Assembly (NCBI GenBank): GCA_963755915.1 | Contig: CAVWLP010000002.1 | Location: forward strand, 832,001 to 896,000 | DNA length: 64,000 nt | From: an uncultured Phycisphaerales bacterium | GTDB lineage: Bacteria > Planctomycetota > Phycisphaerae > Tepidisphaerales > Tepidisphaeraceae | Reading direction: 5' to 3' | In this document: positions 62,627 through 64,000 of the stretch, in pieces | How the letters are laid out: each line of letters begins with the position of its first letter | How positions within the stretch are numbered: the stretch's first letter is position 1 | The notes under the pieces: model-generated | What the model was told of the DNA's origin: nothing | Databases searched by the model: none | Seen by the model: only the letters and a program-made list of their open reading frames with translations | Made by a program: the position numbers and the translations under genes

Positions 62627-63381
62627 TGCAATCAAAAATCGGCGTGGTGGCTTCGGCGCTTAATGAGGATTTTCGCGCCGCGGTGAAGGATGCGCGCGTG
62701 TGCGGGTTTGGGGGCGTGCAGCTTGAGGCGCGGCAGGGGGAACTCGATCTATTATCGCTGTCGCAGAGCGGCAAACGCGAAGTGCGGGGGATTTTACGCG
62801 CGGGGGATATCGAGCTGGTGGGATTACGGGTGGATCTGGGGAGCAAGGGGATGACGGATGTGGATGCGGGGTTGGATTGGATTGAGAAGATGCTCGTGGC
62901 GGCGGAGGGATTGGAGTGCGGGTTGGTGTGCGTGGAGATTGGGCCGATGCCGGGGAATGAGGAGGCGTGGGTGGAGTTGGGGAGGCGGGCGGATCGGCAT
63001 GGAGTGATGGTGGCGCTGCGGAGTGAGTTGGCGGGGTTTGAGATTCTGGAGGGAGTTATCAAAAAGGGCGGGTGTCCGTGGATGGGGATTGATTTTGATC
63101 CCGTTGGAATGTTGAAGGACAACTGGAGCGAGGGGGAGATTTTTTCGCGGGTGGGGGGAATGATCCGGCATGTGAGGGGGAGGGATGCGATTCTGGGGAC
63201 GGAAAAGCGGACGAAGGCAGCGGTGATGGGGCGGGGGTCGATTCAGTGGGAGAGTTTGCTGCGGGATTTGGATCAGGCAGGGTATGGGGGCTGGGTGACG
63301 GTTGATCCTGTCGAGCTGGCGAATCGGCGAGCGGCGGCGATTGCGGGCCTAGACCAAATTCGAAATTCGAAATTCGAATGA
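62626..63381 (+). CDS. Sugar phosphate isomerase/epimerase (xylose-isomerase-like TIM barrel) family protein
   Basis: GF.GVQL, IDFDP, HVRGRD, G.G.IQW, GY.GWVTVD; TAATG overlap with tal. Confidence 0.8.
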   Translation: MQSKIGVVASALNEDFRAAVKDARVCGFGGVQLEARQGELDLLSLSQSGKREVRGILRAGDIELVGLRVDLGSKGMTDVDAGLDWIEKMLVAAEGLECGLVCVEIGPMPGNEEAWVELGRRADRHGVMVALRSELAGFEILEGVIKKGGCPWMGIDFDPVGMLKDNWSEGEIFSRVGGMIRHVRGRDAILGTEKRTKAAVMGRGSIQWESLLRDLDQAGYGGWVTVDPVELANRRAAAIAGLDQIRNSKFE

Positions 63382-63424
63382 CGAATCAAATTCGAAAATC
63401 GAAATTCGAAGTGGGAGTTGTGCG

Positions 63425-63871
63425 CTAGGGGGAACTGTGGGGCGGGGGATTTTTCAGGAGGGAGATCAGGGCGGGGTTGTGGGATTTGAGAGCGATTGAG
63501 AGGGCGGTTTTGTTGGCGAGGCTGGGGGCGTTGGGGTCGGCGCCCCATTGGAGGAGGTAACGGGCGGCGGGAAGGTTTTCGCCGCAGGCGGCGCCGCGCA
63601 GGGCGGAATTGAGATGAGAGCGGACATCGGCGATCTGCTCGGGGGTGTTCTGGTGGGAAAACCAGGTTTGCAGCAGGACGGGGATGTTTCCCCTCATCGC
63701 GGCCAATTCGAGCTGGCCGTCGAGCGGGGGGAGGTGGGAGACGTTGCGGGTGGCGGCGTTGCCGAAAAGAAAGAAGATACTGCAGATGGCGAGCAGGCCG
63801 ATCCAGAGGCGGATGGGGCGGTCTTTTTCGATGTTGGGCGATTTAAATTTTGTTTGTAGTAAAAACAACAT
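63425..63871 (-). CDS. Membrane-anchored ankyrin repeat protein (start may be 63899 with an indel)
   Basis: TM then AA..GN, YLLQWGADPNA...TAL. Confidence 0.7.
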   Translation of the reverse strand: MLFLLQTKFKSPNIEKDRPIRLWIGLLAICSIFFLFGNAATRNVSHLPPLDGQLELAAMRGNIPVLLQTWFSHQNTPEQIADVRSHLNSALRGAACGENLPAARYLLQWGADPNAPSLANKTALSIALKSHNPALISLLKNPPPHSSP

Positions 63872-63895
63872 GAGGGATACATCCTTTGGGTTGGG

Positions 63896-64000
63896 TCATT
63901 CCATCACGTGATTGGCCAGCCAATCGACGCAGTGGATGAGGAATTTTCCGTGGGTGGGGTTCTGGAGATCGTCGGGAATGGGTTCCCAGCTGGTAAACTG
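63896..64000 (-). CDS. C-terminal end of an unidentified protein (partial)
   Basis: QFTSWEPIPDDLQNPTHGKFLIHCVDWLANHVME*; ATGA overlap with the next gene. Confidence 0.5.
   Translation of the reverse strand, partial: QFTSWEPIPDDLQNPTHGKFLIHCVDWLANHVME

Overview
High-GC bacterial window. The gene content (DUF1559 prepilin-like protein, dockerin-like/PEP-CTERM proteins, 7-mer intergenic repeats) suggests Planctomycetota, probably Phycisphaerae/Tepidisphaerales; this is an inference. Many conserved genes carry single-base indels (sdhA, recJ, gpsA, tal, exosortase, wza), most simply explained by long-read consensus error. Layout: (1-12 kb) two GT39-like glycosyltransferases, sdhA, two DinB-family genes, an sdhC cut off at a junction with a headless SF1 helicase-nuclease, a GT87 gene and tRNA-Val. 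(13-36.6 kb) an accessory block between tRNA-Val and tRNA-Cys with five surface proteins that have variable N-termini and a shared dockerin-like + PEP-CTERM C-terminus. (36.7-52.5 kb) gpsA, GH20 and an exosortase/EpsI/TPR/Wzc/2x Wza locus. (52.6-64 kb) radical SAM, an inactivated IS4, MarR/methyltransferase, recJ, transaldolase. The best candidate for an undescribed system is a 'sulfur-economy' module at ~27.3-36.6 kb. It contains a 1289-aa surface protein with no Cys and one mature-chain Met, a cysteine dioxygenase-flavoprotein fusion, a 92-aa protein that is 42% Met+Cys, tRNA-Cys, and a shared Rrf2/CymR-like operator motif.
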